This document shows positions 13,256 through 24,609 of a stretch of DNA of 64,000 bases, piece by piece; the first letter of the stretch is position 1, and the number at the start of each line of letters is the position of its first letter. The DNA lies in contig OX597814.1 in NCBI GenBank assembly GCA_951406725.2, positions 219,852,001 through 219,916,000 of the forward strand, read 5' to 3'. Position numbers and translations under genes: made by a program. The DNA is from Octopus vulgaris (lineage: Eukaryota). A model generated the notes under the pieces. The model ran no database searches and was not told the DNA's origin. It saw only the letters and a program-made list of their open reading frames with translations.

Positions 13256-13695
13256 CTACATAGAAGCCCTGTTGATAGATTAAGGTACAGTCACTACATC
13301 GTTTCCAATAAAATTCCTTGCGAAGTACCACATTTTTTCAGAATAGTTTCATTGTAGCATATCTACCAAACAGCTCGCAAGACAATATCTAAATTCCACA
13401 GTAATTTTCGTTTTAAAATATAATTATAGCCAGCATGAAATATCCAGACATGACCGTTTTCCGACATTACTCACTGTTTTGAGACACTGGGTTCTGATGA
13501 TCTGAAAGAATGCTTCAGGACTGTAATTTGTCTTTTTTTTTTTTTTTAAAAAAGTCTTCGTAAATATCTTCGTTTGATTTCGTATACTTTAAAAGACAGT
13601 TTTGCTACAATTCTTTTAGCTTTTAGAATTTTCAGCTTCAATTTAAAGTACTTCGTATAAATCTACACGTACAATTCCAGTGATTAGCCGTGTGG

Positions 13696-13737
<42 letters not shown>

Positions 13738-14426
13738 ATATTGTATACTGTCAATCTAACAAGAACGTGACAGTAGGGGGTACACCACCGCTGTATAGCC
13801 CTAGGAAGCATCGAACGCCTCCTATATATATATATATATATAGTAATTTTAATAATATTTAATTTAATCTTTTTTCATTAAATGATTTAAAGTATGATGA
13901 TTATTATTCTCAGACATTAAAGGGAAACATGTAAATTGAGAAGCTTTCCTGTCTTGTTTTGTTTTTTTCTTTGCTCCCCTTAATCCAACATCATAACCGA
14001 TGGCTATTGTAACACAGCAGAAACAACGCTTAAAGCAGGCAGATTTTCAAAATTTTCCAGTAACTTTTAGAATACAAATCATATAGTTTTTTCTTCATTA
14101 GTATAATAGTATTCCTTCCTCATATTCATCAAAATAAACAAAACACGACCAATACTATAGCCAATTTTCTTGGGTTCAAACCGGCAAACAATAAATTTTA
14201 GCGTAAAATATATTTAAATGAATTGCATACGGATTTCTTTACAAAAAAATTAAACTTTTAAAAGAAAAAAACAAATGACTCATAACTCTCTTATCTTTCT
14301 CATACATGATTTATTTCCATGCAGACACAAAAGTCAATAAATTTGAAACTTAGGTAATTCATTTATATTAGTTCAAGTCCCAATAGATTATATGAGAATT
14401 ATTTTTATTTATGTATTCTCAGCTAT

Positions 14427-14842
14427 AAGGCGGCGAGCTGGCAGAATCGTTAGCATGCCGGGCGAAATGCGTAGCCGTATTTCGTCTGCCGTTACGTTCG
14501 GAGTTCAAATTCCACCGAGGTCGACTTTGCCTTTCATCCTTTCGGGGGTCGATTAAATAAGTACCAGTTATACACTGGGGTCGATATAATCGACTTAATC
14601 CGTTTGTCTGTCCTTGTTTGCCCTCTCTGTGTTTAGCCCCTTGTGGGTAGTAAAGAAATAGGTATTTCGTCTACCGCTACGTTCTGAGTTCAAATTCCCC
14701 CGAGGTCGACTTTGCCTTTCATCCTTTCAGGGTCGATTAAATAAGTACCAGTTACGCACTGGGGTCGATATAATCGACTTAATCCGTTTATCTGTCCCTG
14801 TTTGTCCTCTCTGTGTTTAGCCCCTTGTGGGTAGTAAAGAAA
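14427..14842 (+). mobile_element. SINE family A, partial dimer
   Basis: Full monomer plus a repeated 3' part; flanked by 17-bp TSD TATGTATTCTCAGCTAT. Confidence 0.85.
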
Positions 14843-16056
14843 TATGTATTCTCAGCTATCATTCAGGAAGTGTTCATTTCATGGAAAGGGTTAAGTTGGT
14901 TAAATTGAGTAAGTAACTTATTTGTATTGTTAAGTTGCTTTTGGACAGAAGACTTGCGGTGTTTAATATTCAAATGTAACTTTTCAGAATCCTCATTGAT
15001 ATTAACACAACATTGATGCTAATTATAAGATTGGAATATTAAATCAGTAAAAATTCCACCGAGGTCGACTTTGCTTTTCATCCTTTCAGGGTCGATTAAA
15101 TAAGTACTAGTTAAACACTGAGGATCGATGTAATCGACTTACCCCTTTCCCCTTAAATTACTGGCCTTGTGCCAAAATTTGAAACCAATATTAAATTAGT
15201 GAGACTTTTGAAACGAGTCCATTGTAAACTAGTTTTAATGGTTTGAACGTGAAAAGCTGAGTTCAAATTCACGAGAAAGTAGAAAGTGCTAGTTTGTGTC
15301 TAAATTATTGTACCCTTTAAAAGTTGGTACGGTACTCCAGTAATATCTGAAACTCACAGAGAAACAGTTTTTGCTCTCGAGTGGAAGGTAAATGTAATAA
15401 ATAATAATAAAATCAAGATATCTAATAAAGTCGAGCCCTTTAAAAGAGCAACGATTAAATATAGTTAAATACGATTTCAAATTCACTGTCAACAATCAAG
15501 AAAGAAAATTGGATGAAAAAAAATCTGAACTTCTCTAACTATCGTTTATACATATGTGTTTGTTTGTTTGTCTTATTAATTTAAAACCAAATACTGCATA
15601 AGCCTCATATACAGGCTTATGAATTATAAGGTTAAATGTACTCTTTATGTATATATAAATAAAATACTTTTCATATGATAGGAAGTTTAAATAAGACCTA
15701 CATTGAAAGAATTCTGCTTTCCAAATTACCAGCTTACTTCTGTCCGCTGCATTTTCTACGTTGAAATAATAATAAGTGAAATAATACTGAAATCCTAAAT
15801 TTATAATTCTTTCTTTTTTTTTTTTTTTTTCTTTTTGAATACCAACTACTGTTCAATCTGAATTTAATACATACTTGGTATTTAACTGGGAGTTTTGGGT
15901 AGCAATAAACATTGGTAGACTGGTTTTACTTTCTTTAAATGAGCCAATAGTTAAATTCAATAATTGTTAACACCAAATGCTGACTTGAAGGATATGTCTT
16001 TTTCTTTTTTTTCTTTTTCAAATATAAGTTGTCTTACTAATATATTTGACTGTCTT

Positions 16057-16635
16057 GTCTGCAGTTACGTTCTGAGTTCAAAATCCGCCGAGGTCGACTT
16101 TGCCTTTCGGGGCCGATTAAATAAGTACCAGTTACGCACTGGGGTCGTTGTAATCGACTTAATCCCTTTGTCTGTCCTTGTTTATCCACTACTATGTTTA
16201 GCCCCCTGTGGGCAATAAATAAATAAATAAATAAATATATTTGACTGTCTTAAGGCGGCGAGTTGGCAGAATCGTTAGCACGCCGGGCGAAATGCTTCGC
16301 GATATTTCGTCTGCCGTTACGTTGTGAGTTCAAATTCCGCCGAGGTCGACTTTGTCTTTCATCCTTTCGGGGTCGATAAATTAAGTACCAGTTACGCACT
16401 GGGGTCGATGTAATCGACTTAATCCCTTTGTCTGTCCTTGTTTGTCCCCTCTGTGTTTAGCCCCTTGTGGGTAGTAAAGAAATAGGTATTTCGTCTACCG
16501 TTGCGTTCTGAGTTCAAATTCCGCCGAAGTCGACTTTGCCTTTCATCCTTTCCGGGTCGATAAAATAAGTACCATTTGAGTAATCAACTTACACCCTTAT
16601 TCAAAATTGCTGGCCTTGAACCAAAATTTGAAATC
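16057..16635 (+). mobile_element. Tandem SINE family A insertions
   Basis: Copies separated and flanked by three AAT(A/G)TATTTGACTGTCTT repeats (16039, 16234, 16636). Confidence 0.85.
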
Positions 16636-16779
16636 AATGTATTTGACTGTCTTATTTACATTCAACAAATATGAGATTTGTGAAACAGCTGAAACAACAT
16701 AAATGTTATGCCAACACTTAACAAATAACTAAGCATCAACATTCTAGACAGATAATTGTTGTTTATTGTTCCTGTTGAT

Positions 16780-17007
16780 ACTCTTTACTCTTTACTCTTT
16801 TACTTGTTTCAGTCATTTGACTGCGGCCATGCTGGAGCACCGCCTTTAATCGAGCAACTCGACCCCGGGACTTATTCTTTTGTAAGCCCAGTACTTATTC
16901 TATCGGTCTCTTTTGCCGAACCGCTAAGTAACGGGGACATAAGCACACCAGCATCGGTTGTCAAGCAATGCTAGGGGGACAAATACAGACACACAAACAC
17001 ACACACG

Positions 17008-17065
<58 letters not shown>
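16780..17065 (-). mobile_element. SINE family B, 3' part
   Basis: TACTCTTTTACTTGTTTCAGTCATTTGACTGCGGCCATGCTGGAGCACCGCC tail shared with copies at 29250, 36466, 45242 and ~53040. Confidence 0.8.
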
Positions 17066-17586
17066 TACGTCAATTTATTTCTCTTGTCTCCATTTTGGTC
17101 ATTCGCTCCGCTGCTTTAGTTTTGCACCGAAAGACAAGGAGGACATTTTGCAAAACGAACGGTTTCAATTGACTTGACGCCAGAAGTGAACAACTGACCG
17201 TTTCGAATATTTTTTGGTCAACAGCATTAACCTCCATATATTATTTCTCTACAAAGTAGGACGATCTTACTCTCTTACTCGTTTCAGCCATGCGGCTGCG
17301 CAAAATTGAGAAATAAAATTTAATAAGGCGCGCCGAACAAACTAGATATTGGATTACTGATTTAAAAGCATACCAAGTAAAAATGATTAGTCATCTTACT
17401 ATTCAATGACAGTATCGTAGACCTCTGAGTGGGTACGGTACAACACCAAATAAGGAAGTGCTCTTTCGCCTGTGAGCTTCGGGCTATATGGCTGTGGGTT
17501 AAGAAGTTTGTTTCCCAACCACATTGTTTCTAGTTCAATCCCACTGCGTGGAAACTTGGGCACATGTTTTCTGTTATAGGCTCGGG

Positions 17587-18252
17587 GGATCTTTTCCTTT
17601 TGAACGGCACTTTGTAACATAATTTCTAGGTAACTATAAAGTTTTAAAGTTCGTATACTGGTAGAATGTGATTATAAAACATCATTTTCTCTTGGTTTTA
17701 TTGAGAAAATTCTATAGTTTGTAAGATATTTCGTCTGAAATTTCGAGCATTTCGGCAATTTTAACCAATCGATTACCTCCATTGAGCTAAAATCATTTGC
17801 TGCGTCTAAAACTGAGATAACATCCTCTCACTAACCCTAAACCTCCCCCTAACCCTAACCCTAATTTTTTTTTCTTAATTGTTAAATCAATTTAATTGTT
17901 ACGCGTGTAAAAAAAAACGAAAGCAATGGAAAATAATTTAAACAATTAACAAACAAAATAATTCTATAATTTTATACACACGCTTTCCGTGTTAGGGTTA
18001 GGGTTAGGGGGAGGTTTAGGGTTAGTGACAGGATGTTGTCTCAGTTTTAGACGCAGCAAATGATTTTAGCTCAATTAGAGGCAATTGATTGGTTAAAATT
18101 CTAAAAATTAAACTACGTTAAACAAACGAATTACAATTTTATCAAGAAAGCCAAGAGAAAAAATGTTTTATTTTGACACATTCTACCAGTATACGAAGTT
18201 TTAAAGTATTTAGTTAACTAGAAATTGTCTGCCGTTCAAAAGGAAAAGATCG
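17587..18252. mobile_element. Foldback MITE with long TIRs and internal TTAGGG-like repeats, inserted in a family B SINE
   Basis: GGATCTTTTCCTTTTGAACGGCA ... TGCCGTTCAAAAGGAAAAGATCG; imperfect arms of roughly 270 bp; 8-bp TSD GGCTCGGG (17579-17586, 18253-18260); the host SINE continues on both sides. Confidence 0.85.
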
Positions 18253-18759
18253 GGCTCGGGCCGAGTAAAGCTTTGTTTCTGGATTTGATATACGGGGACT
18301 GAAAGAAAACCGTCGCGCGCACGCGCGCGCGTGTGTGTGTGTGCGTGCGCGTGTATATGTGTGTGAGTGAGTGTGTATATAAATATGTGTGTATGTATAT
18401 ATATATATATATATGAATATGTATGTGTGTGAGTGCGACTTTGAGACTGCCCCCTCTCATCACCATTTGACAATCAATGTTGGGTTGTTTACGTCCCTGA
18501 AACATAGCGGTTTGGAATCAGAAATCGATAGAATAAATACCATGGTTTAAAAGAAATATAGGGGCGATTCGTCCGATTAAAACACTCCGATGCGTTGTCC
18601 CAGTATGGTTGCTGTCCAATGACTATAACAGGTAAATCGTAAAAAGTAACCCAGGTCTTGCTGAAATAGGGAATTCTGGTTGCGGAGTGTGCACGCTGGT
18701 TCTGGTAATCTTTTTAAATACTTACAATCTAGAAACAGTAGAGTGAGGTAATTAACCTC

Positions 18760-19189
18760 TTAATACATTATGGACACATTGAAACTCCGACGTCTGGCAG
18801 CTGACTTGGCAGACACCCATACAATTATCAACCATCGCACAAACAATAACTCTGAGCACCTTTTCAAACTCCACCCATCTAACACCCGTGGACATATTTA
18901 CAAAGTCAGAAAACAGCACAGCTCCCATGACTTCAGGAAACATTTTTCCACGCTGAGAGTTGCTGAAGCATGGAACAAACTGCCGGCATCAGTTATTAGT
19001 TGTCGGAGCACTGCATCCTTTAAAACTTCCATGCTTCCTGAGATTCGCCAACACTACACCTGATTTTCTCCCCTCCATACACACACAAGCATGTATCTGA
19101 CTCATACATTGTTCGCTTTCCAGACATTTGTACATTACTGCATATACTCTGACAAGTTGTGGTGCACCTGAGCACTGTATACAATAATT

Positions 19190-19243
<54 letters not shown>
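18760..19243 (+). mobile_element. 5'-truncated CR1-type LINE (ORF2 C-terminus, 3' UTR, (ATT)n tail)
   Basis: TL..RR...D, TRGH.YK, RKHF..LRV.EAWNKLP..V motifs typical of CR1-group C-termini. Confidence 0.8.
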
Positions 19244-19244
<1 letters not shown>

Positions 19245-19663
19245 CTCGTATATCTCCGTTCAGAGATGTCTAGTAAATATATTTTTGAACGAAAATATAC
19301 GTTCACTGTACTCTGAGATGTTTGTAACTTATTTCTAACCCGAAATACTTCGTTTATGGTGTTATTCCCGTTTTCTATCATTAACTACAAAGGGCACAAA
19401 AAAAAAGAAGAAAAACCTTTTTTGTCTGCTACCCGGACAAATGGTGCTGTACTAAACTAAATCGAGTACGCTGATTCCAAATCTGAACTCAAAATTACTG
19501 TAACACGTCAGGATTTTGAGTTAGGCGCATAATTATATATTAATACTACATTAGTATCGGGAATGGTTAAGTTCAAGGTAAAAAATTATCATAATAGTAT
19601 ACTAGTACTGTATATAGTATATTTATGTTCAAGGCAAATATTATTATAATATAATGGTACATA

Positions 19664-19695
19664 GTAGGAGTGGCTGTGTGGTAAGTAGCTTGCTT
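19664..19695 (+). mobile_element. Orphaned 5' head of a family B SINE (target of the downstream insertions)
   Basis: GTAGGAGTGGCTGTGTGGTAAGTAGCTTGCTT closely matches the heads of uninterrupted copies (reverse complement of 29638-29672 and 36845-36872). Confidence 0.85.
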
Positions 19696-21555
19696 CCGCA
19701 CATGCGCGTCAGGTCGACTTCTTGCCAGTGAACAGTGAGGACGTGAGCTTTGAGCTCCGTCCTAGAAAGAAAAAAGAACAAAAACAGAGAAGGTTGTCGA
19801 GGCAAGTGATTTTGTTTTATCTGAGTTGGGTGTAATTTGTTATATTGTAATTTTTTGTTAACAAATTTCGCCCATTGCTGGGACAATTTCGCCTGCTCTC
19901 GGAGGCTGCTGTTTTGTGAATTTAGTGTGAATTTTTTGGATTCATTTTAAAAAACAGTGGAGGGGTGTATCCTCGGCCGAATGATTAGAACCTGTTACAG
20001 TTGCTGTTGCAGTTACCGTTGGCTGTGACCAGTTTTGTGTTTGGATTTATTGGAGTTCTTTTACCAATTACGGGAAAAAACGATTCATACCAAGGAACCT
20101 ATATGCATTTGACCGGGAATACCTGTGGGCCAGGAAATTGGAGTTTTGCTGAGTGAATTGTTTTCCTTTTTTCCGTCTACCCTTCCTGTTTTGTTTTAAC
20201 TGTTTAATTATTTTTTGGACTTTATTATATTTTTTACTGTTTCTGTTAACTTTTGTGTACCAGTTTTGGACTTATTCTGTGACCTTTGAACTTTCTTTGA
20301 ACTTTCAAGACTTTCTTTTTTGCACATGGCAAAAATAAACGGTGTCGCTGCTTTGGAGTGGGAGGTGGTCCCACCCAAACAGTGGATTAAAGATCTTGAG
20401 AAGAGGACGGTGGTGCTACGGACCTATTCTAGGTCGCGTGGTGCCATCACCCTCTTCGACAAGAGCATAATAGAGAGAGAGAGTTGGCAGACTACCTGCC
20501 AACTATAAAATTTATTTCACGGGGGACCAAATTTGCAACGGTCTGGTTGCTGTTTGGTACCCCCGAGGAAGCTGGCAAATTTGCCAGCGAGCCCCTTGAG
20601 GGGAATGAAATTTTGTTCTCCCCCACGTATTGTGGGAGGAAGATAAGAAGAGCCTGGGTATGCGGGCTGCCCCCGGGCACGGAGGCGGGATGGATCGAAG
20701 ATACCATCCGGCGAGGCCTGGGGGATAGCGGGCCCAGGCTATTGAGGGTGGACGTTGCTCCTGCGGTTGACTGGGAGGGGTCAAAGGCAACTTTGACCCT
20801 GTGGACCCCGGTGGCCATAGGAGATATGACATTCCCAGACTTCCTAAATATGGCCGGGTACAGGTACCTGTGCCTGGAGCCTGGCCATATCAGGAAAAAC
20901 TGTACCAAGGACCGTGGTAAGGCCCTGCAGCATGAAAAGGAGAAAGTGCCCGCCGCCTCTTCATTGGAGGGGGAGACGGTGGAAGTTGCCTCCACGAAAA
21001 GAAAAAGAAAGGTGAGCAACAATGGTTGCTCACCAAAGAATGTTCAGGCGGCGGAGGAGGGTAGCGACCCCCGCGTCTGTCGACGCAGCCCCCTGCTCCC
21101 GCAGCCTCAAAAAGAAAGAGGAAAAAGAGGAGTAGAGGACGGTCGGTGGATGTTCCTGGGCCGCAGGTGGGATAGGGCTCCGTCAGTGGGAAGTGTGCCA
21201 CTGACGGAGCAGTGTGAGGTCCCTTCCTGTGAAGAGGAGGTGTTTGTCCTCTTTTACCACGAGGGAGGGACGGTGAGTAAACTTTTGGATGGCTTGGGTG
21301 GCCGAGAACGTGTGTACTCGGTCTGCCCAAGAAGTCCGATATGGCCTCCGCAGGTGGCTGCGGAGGTAGTAACGGAAAACATTTTGTCAAAGGTCACAGC
21401 AACCTTTGACAAGAAAGAATTTGCTTTCCTCTTTGCAGGCTCCGACTTGTCGTTGCAGAGTTGTCTGCAGGCGGCAAGTCACTTTGCTTGGGGGACCTGA
21501 CAAGGAGAATTGTTGTAAATCTATGTGCTGCCCTAGTGGCAAATTAAATGAAATA
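19696..21555 (+). mobile_element. ORF1-only non-LTR retroelement, subfamily 1 (copy 1)
   Basis: About 630-nt T-rich 5' UTR; ORF1 20326-21500 (MAKING..WEVVPPKQWIKDL, frameshift at an AG run, broken knuckle LCLEPGHIRKNC); short 3' UTR ending GGCAAATTAAATGAAATAAA; no ORF2; flanked by AAGTAGCTTG. Confidence 0.8.
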
Positions 21556-21565
21556 AAGTAGCTTG

Positions 21566-21777
21566 TAAGAGGTTTTAGTGCCTCCTTCTTGTAAGAGATT
21601 TGAAACCTCATTGATTTTTAAAAAAGAAAATATGTTTTCGAGAAAAATCCAATCGGCGGGTGTTGGGTTTCGTCTCTCATTTATTCATTCAATTTCATTT
21701 TCATTCATTAATGTGTTTGTCCAGCCCGCAAAGCTACACAATCGTTGTACTGTCTATATGACAAATTTTATGAAACA
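21566..21777 (+). mobile_element. 5'-truncated 3'-UTR-only copy of the same retroelement family
   Basis: Aligns by eye with the 3' UTR of the 34318-36346 copy (GTAAGAGG..CTTGTAAG, ATGTTTTCGAGAA..CAATCGG); ends GACAAATTTTATGAAACAAAG; flanked by target repeats. Confidence 0.7.
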
Positions 21778-21790
21778 AAGTAGCTTGCTT

Positions 21791-23247
21791 CCGGTTACCC
21801 ATAGTGCATTTAGTTTGTCGTTTGTGTGCGAGTCGGACGTCGGTTTTGTTGCTACGGTAAGACAATGTACTCAGACCTTAGTGGGTCTGAGTTGTCTTCA
21901 GAGGAGGAGCTCGTAAGGGCGGCCATAGCGATGGACAGTATGCTAGAAAAGACCAGGAGTTTTGCAGAGGTCACGGAGAAGAAACGAAGGGAGTTGGACT
22001 TGGCTGGTCTGAAAAATTATGACAAGATGTTACAGAAGGTGGGAGGGGACGTAAGGCTGTCGCCCCCCAAAGGAATTATGGAGAAGATGGAAAGGAAAAC
22101 TATCACCTATAATATGTTCTCTTTAAAAGGAAAAAAGGCTGAGCAGGTGGAAGCGGATACAGAAAAGGCGCCAAGAGAGAAGTCTAAAGAGATTACATAT
22201 ATCACGAAAGGAAAAGATATGGCACCATGGTCGTCCAATTTAGGACAGCTGAAGAGGCAATGAGGCTGGCGAGTGTGGCGGTGAAAACGGAGGAGGTAGT
22301 GCTTCTGCCCACATACCTGGGAAGAAAAACTTCTAAGGTGAGGGTAGAAGCAATTCCACCGGATGTAGAAGTCGCTTGGGTAGCGGCAGCTGTCCTTGTT
22401 GGAAGCGAGGAGGAGGTGGCTGTCCTCCAAGCCACAGAAAGAGAAGAAGGAGGGTGGAAAGGAATGACGCTCGAGTTAATTTTTCAGACGGAGGAGGGAC
22501 AACTCGAGAACTTGGCAAAGACTGTGACGCTGGGGAAATCGTGCTGAGGGTGTGGGTAGAGGGCAGAGTACCACGTTGTTTTAAATGTGGCCAAACGGGC
22601 CACATTAGAGCATACTGTCCTCTACGAAGGACTATGGTTGAGGATATAGTTGCGGAGACAGAAGAGAAAAGAGAGGAAGACAAAATAGACGGAGGAAACG
22701 ATAAAAAGGAGGAAGAATGGAAAGTTGCAGAGCGCAAAAGGAGAAAGAGGAAAAAAAAGAAAAGACACTGAGTATGATGTGGCACCCCAGTCCAACCCCA
22801 TCCCACCCAAGACCACTCAGACCCACCCTCCCCATACAGACATCAAACCCACCCACCCCATTTCCCCTCAAGAAAAAAAGAAAAAGAAAGAAAATACACC
22901 ACAAAATTTAGAAGAACCCCCCTCCCGGTGAAAAAGGTTATGAATGCATGACGGAAAGAATGTTATCTTTAAGTGACAGGGAAAAGGGAAAAAAGGATTG
23001 GACGAAAAGAGAAAAAGGACTCAGGACCCAGAGACAGCGAGTGGTGTTACTCAGTGTGGGGTGAGTAGCACACTCTTCATAATATCATTTTCAGATATCA
23101 TTCATATTATCATATTTTAATTTATTCTTCATGTGCATTTTCATGTTCATTCATTATATCATATTCTATTCCTTAATTGTTATATGTCCCCACATGTGTT
23201 GTAGTGTCCCCTCTGTGTATTGCCTTTATGGCAAATTTAATAAAATA
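21791..23247 (+). mobile_element. ORF1-only non-LTR retroelement, subfamily 2
   Basis: Frameshifted ORF1 21865-22931 with V.V.F.T.EEA, LLPTYLGR..KVRV..IPP and intact CCHC knuckle CFKCGQTGHIRAYC; AT-rich 3' UTR ending GGCAAATTTAATAAAATAAA; no ORF2. Confidence 0.8.
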
Positions 23248-23260
23248 AAGTGGCTTGCTT

Positions 23261-24606
23261 ACGCGCATGCGTGTTTGTTCGTTGCTTATTGGATTGAACA
23301 CTGTCAAGACCGTTGGTGGCCGTCTTGAATCGAAGAACTGTTGAAGAGGCGCGACTGCAAGGTAGGCACTTGCTTTTTTTTTGTTTTAGGGATTCGGTGG
23401 GGATTTTGTTGCTTGACAATGTTTTTCTTTTTTCAAATAAGAAAGTCTTCATTGGGTCTCGAACATTTGTCGGCTGCAGCCACGCTCAAGTAACTCACTT
23501 ACCGGTGCGAATTGTTTTGTTCTGGTGAGCGTGTCTCACTACCAAAATTTGAAAAGTTTATAAAAATTCGACCCATCCGTGGAAGAATGTGGTTTTTTTT
23601 TGTTTTGGTGAGCGTGTCTCACTACCAAAATTTGAAAAGTTTATAAAAATTCGACCCATCCGTGGAAGAATGTGGTTTTTTTTTTTTTTTTTTGCTACAA
23701 TGAACTGGAGTACCAGTGTGAAGCAATATTCTGGAGGATTACCTGTGGACCCGGATTATCTAAGTGGTGGAATTGTGTTGCCGTGCTGGAACTGTTTTCC
23801 TTCGTTCTTTTCTCTGCTCTGTCTTTTTGTTCTTTCTTTGTGTTTCTTTGGACTTTTATTTGAATATTTTGAACTTTTTTCTTGAACATTTTCCTGTTTT
23901 TGTTTTTTTAAAAAGCATGGCAAAAAATAAAAACACTGTCTTTGAGGGGGAAATTGTGCCTCCCAGGCAGTGGGTAAAGGACCTTAATGAGAGAGCGGTG
24001 GTGTTGAGGACATATTCCAAGTCCCTCGACACCATCACTGTGTTCTCTCAAGTACATATTGAGAAGGAGTTGGCAGAATACCTGCCAACCATCAAGTTTA
24101 TTGCAAGGGGTGTCAAATAGGCAACTGTACTTCTTACCGGGCTGTTTGGTTCGTACAATATTGTGGAGAGGGAAATGTTTAGTTCCTTTTTGATGACTTC
24201 CAGTCCACATTATGAAGGTTTCTTGATTTACATTTTTGGCGGGGTATTGAAAAGCTGTGGGCTTTTGAACCCTAAGTTATAGCAGTACTTAGTCCCGATT
24301 TTAGATAGAGTGGGCGGTACCTTTTGGGGAAAAAATGGCGTCCAGTTCGGAAATTTATATAACACTCTATGCCGAAATTAGGTACTAGCTCTTCCAGAAT
24401 TTTCCATTTATAGATTTTTACATATCTGTCCGCCTTCGCTCCAAGGAATGAAGTCATAGTTTTTTCGGCCTCTTCCTGTTGTACATCTGCTACACTCTCT
24501 CAATTTTTTTAGTGTAGTGAGGTTGGACTTTTTCAAGCTTCATTGATACAAGTTATCTGCATGTGGTTGCTATTTGATACCCCTGAGGAGGCTCGCATTT
24601 TTGCAA
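23261..24606 (+). mobile_element. Subfamily 1 retroelement (copy 2), interrupted and 3'-truncated
   Basis: ORF1 from 23917 (MAKNKN..GEIVPPRQWVKDLNERAVVLRTYSKS) is homologous to copy 1; resumes WLLFDTPEEAR near 24564 after an inserted segment; ~80-bp tandem duplication in the 5' UTR (23523-23690). Confidence 0.75.
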
Positions 24607-24609
24607 TTT

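Noticed and set aside
17830-18024. Telomere-telomere fusion site
   Set aside because: Few units, embedded in a TSD-flanked foldback element.
19385-19530. Possible paired transposon ends with 33500-33616
   Set aside because: Homologous and inverted, but diverged and 14 kb apart with no TSD or transposase; most likely independent fragments of one repeat family.
19683-23260. CRISPR-like or integron-like array (short repeat separating unique inserts)
   Set aside because: Eukaryotic context, kb-sized inserts with retroelement anatomy and no cas or integrase genes; the repeats are TSDs.
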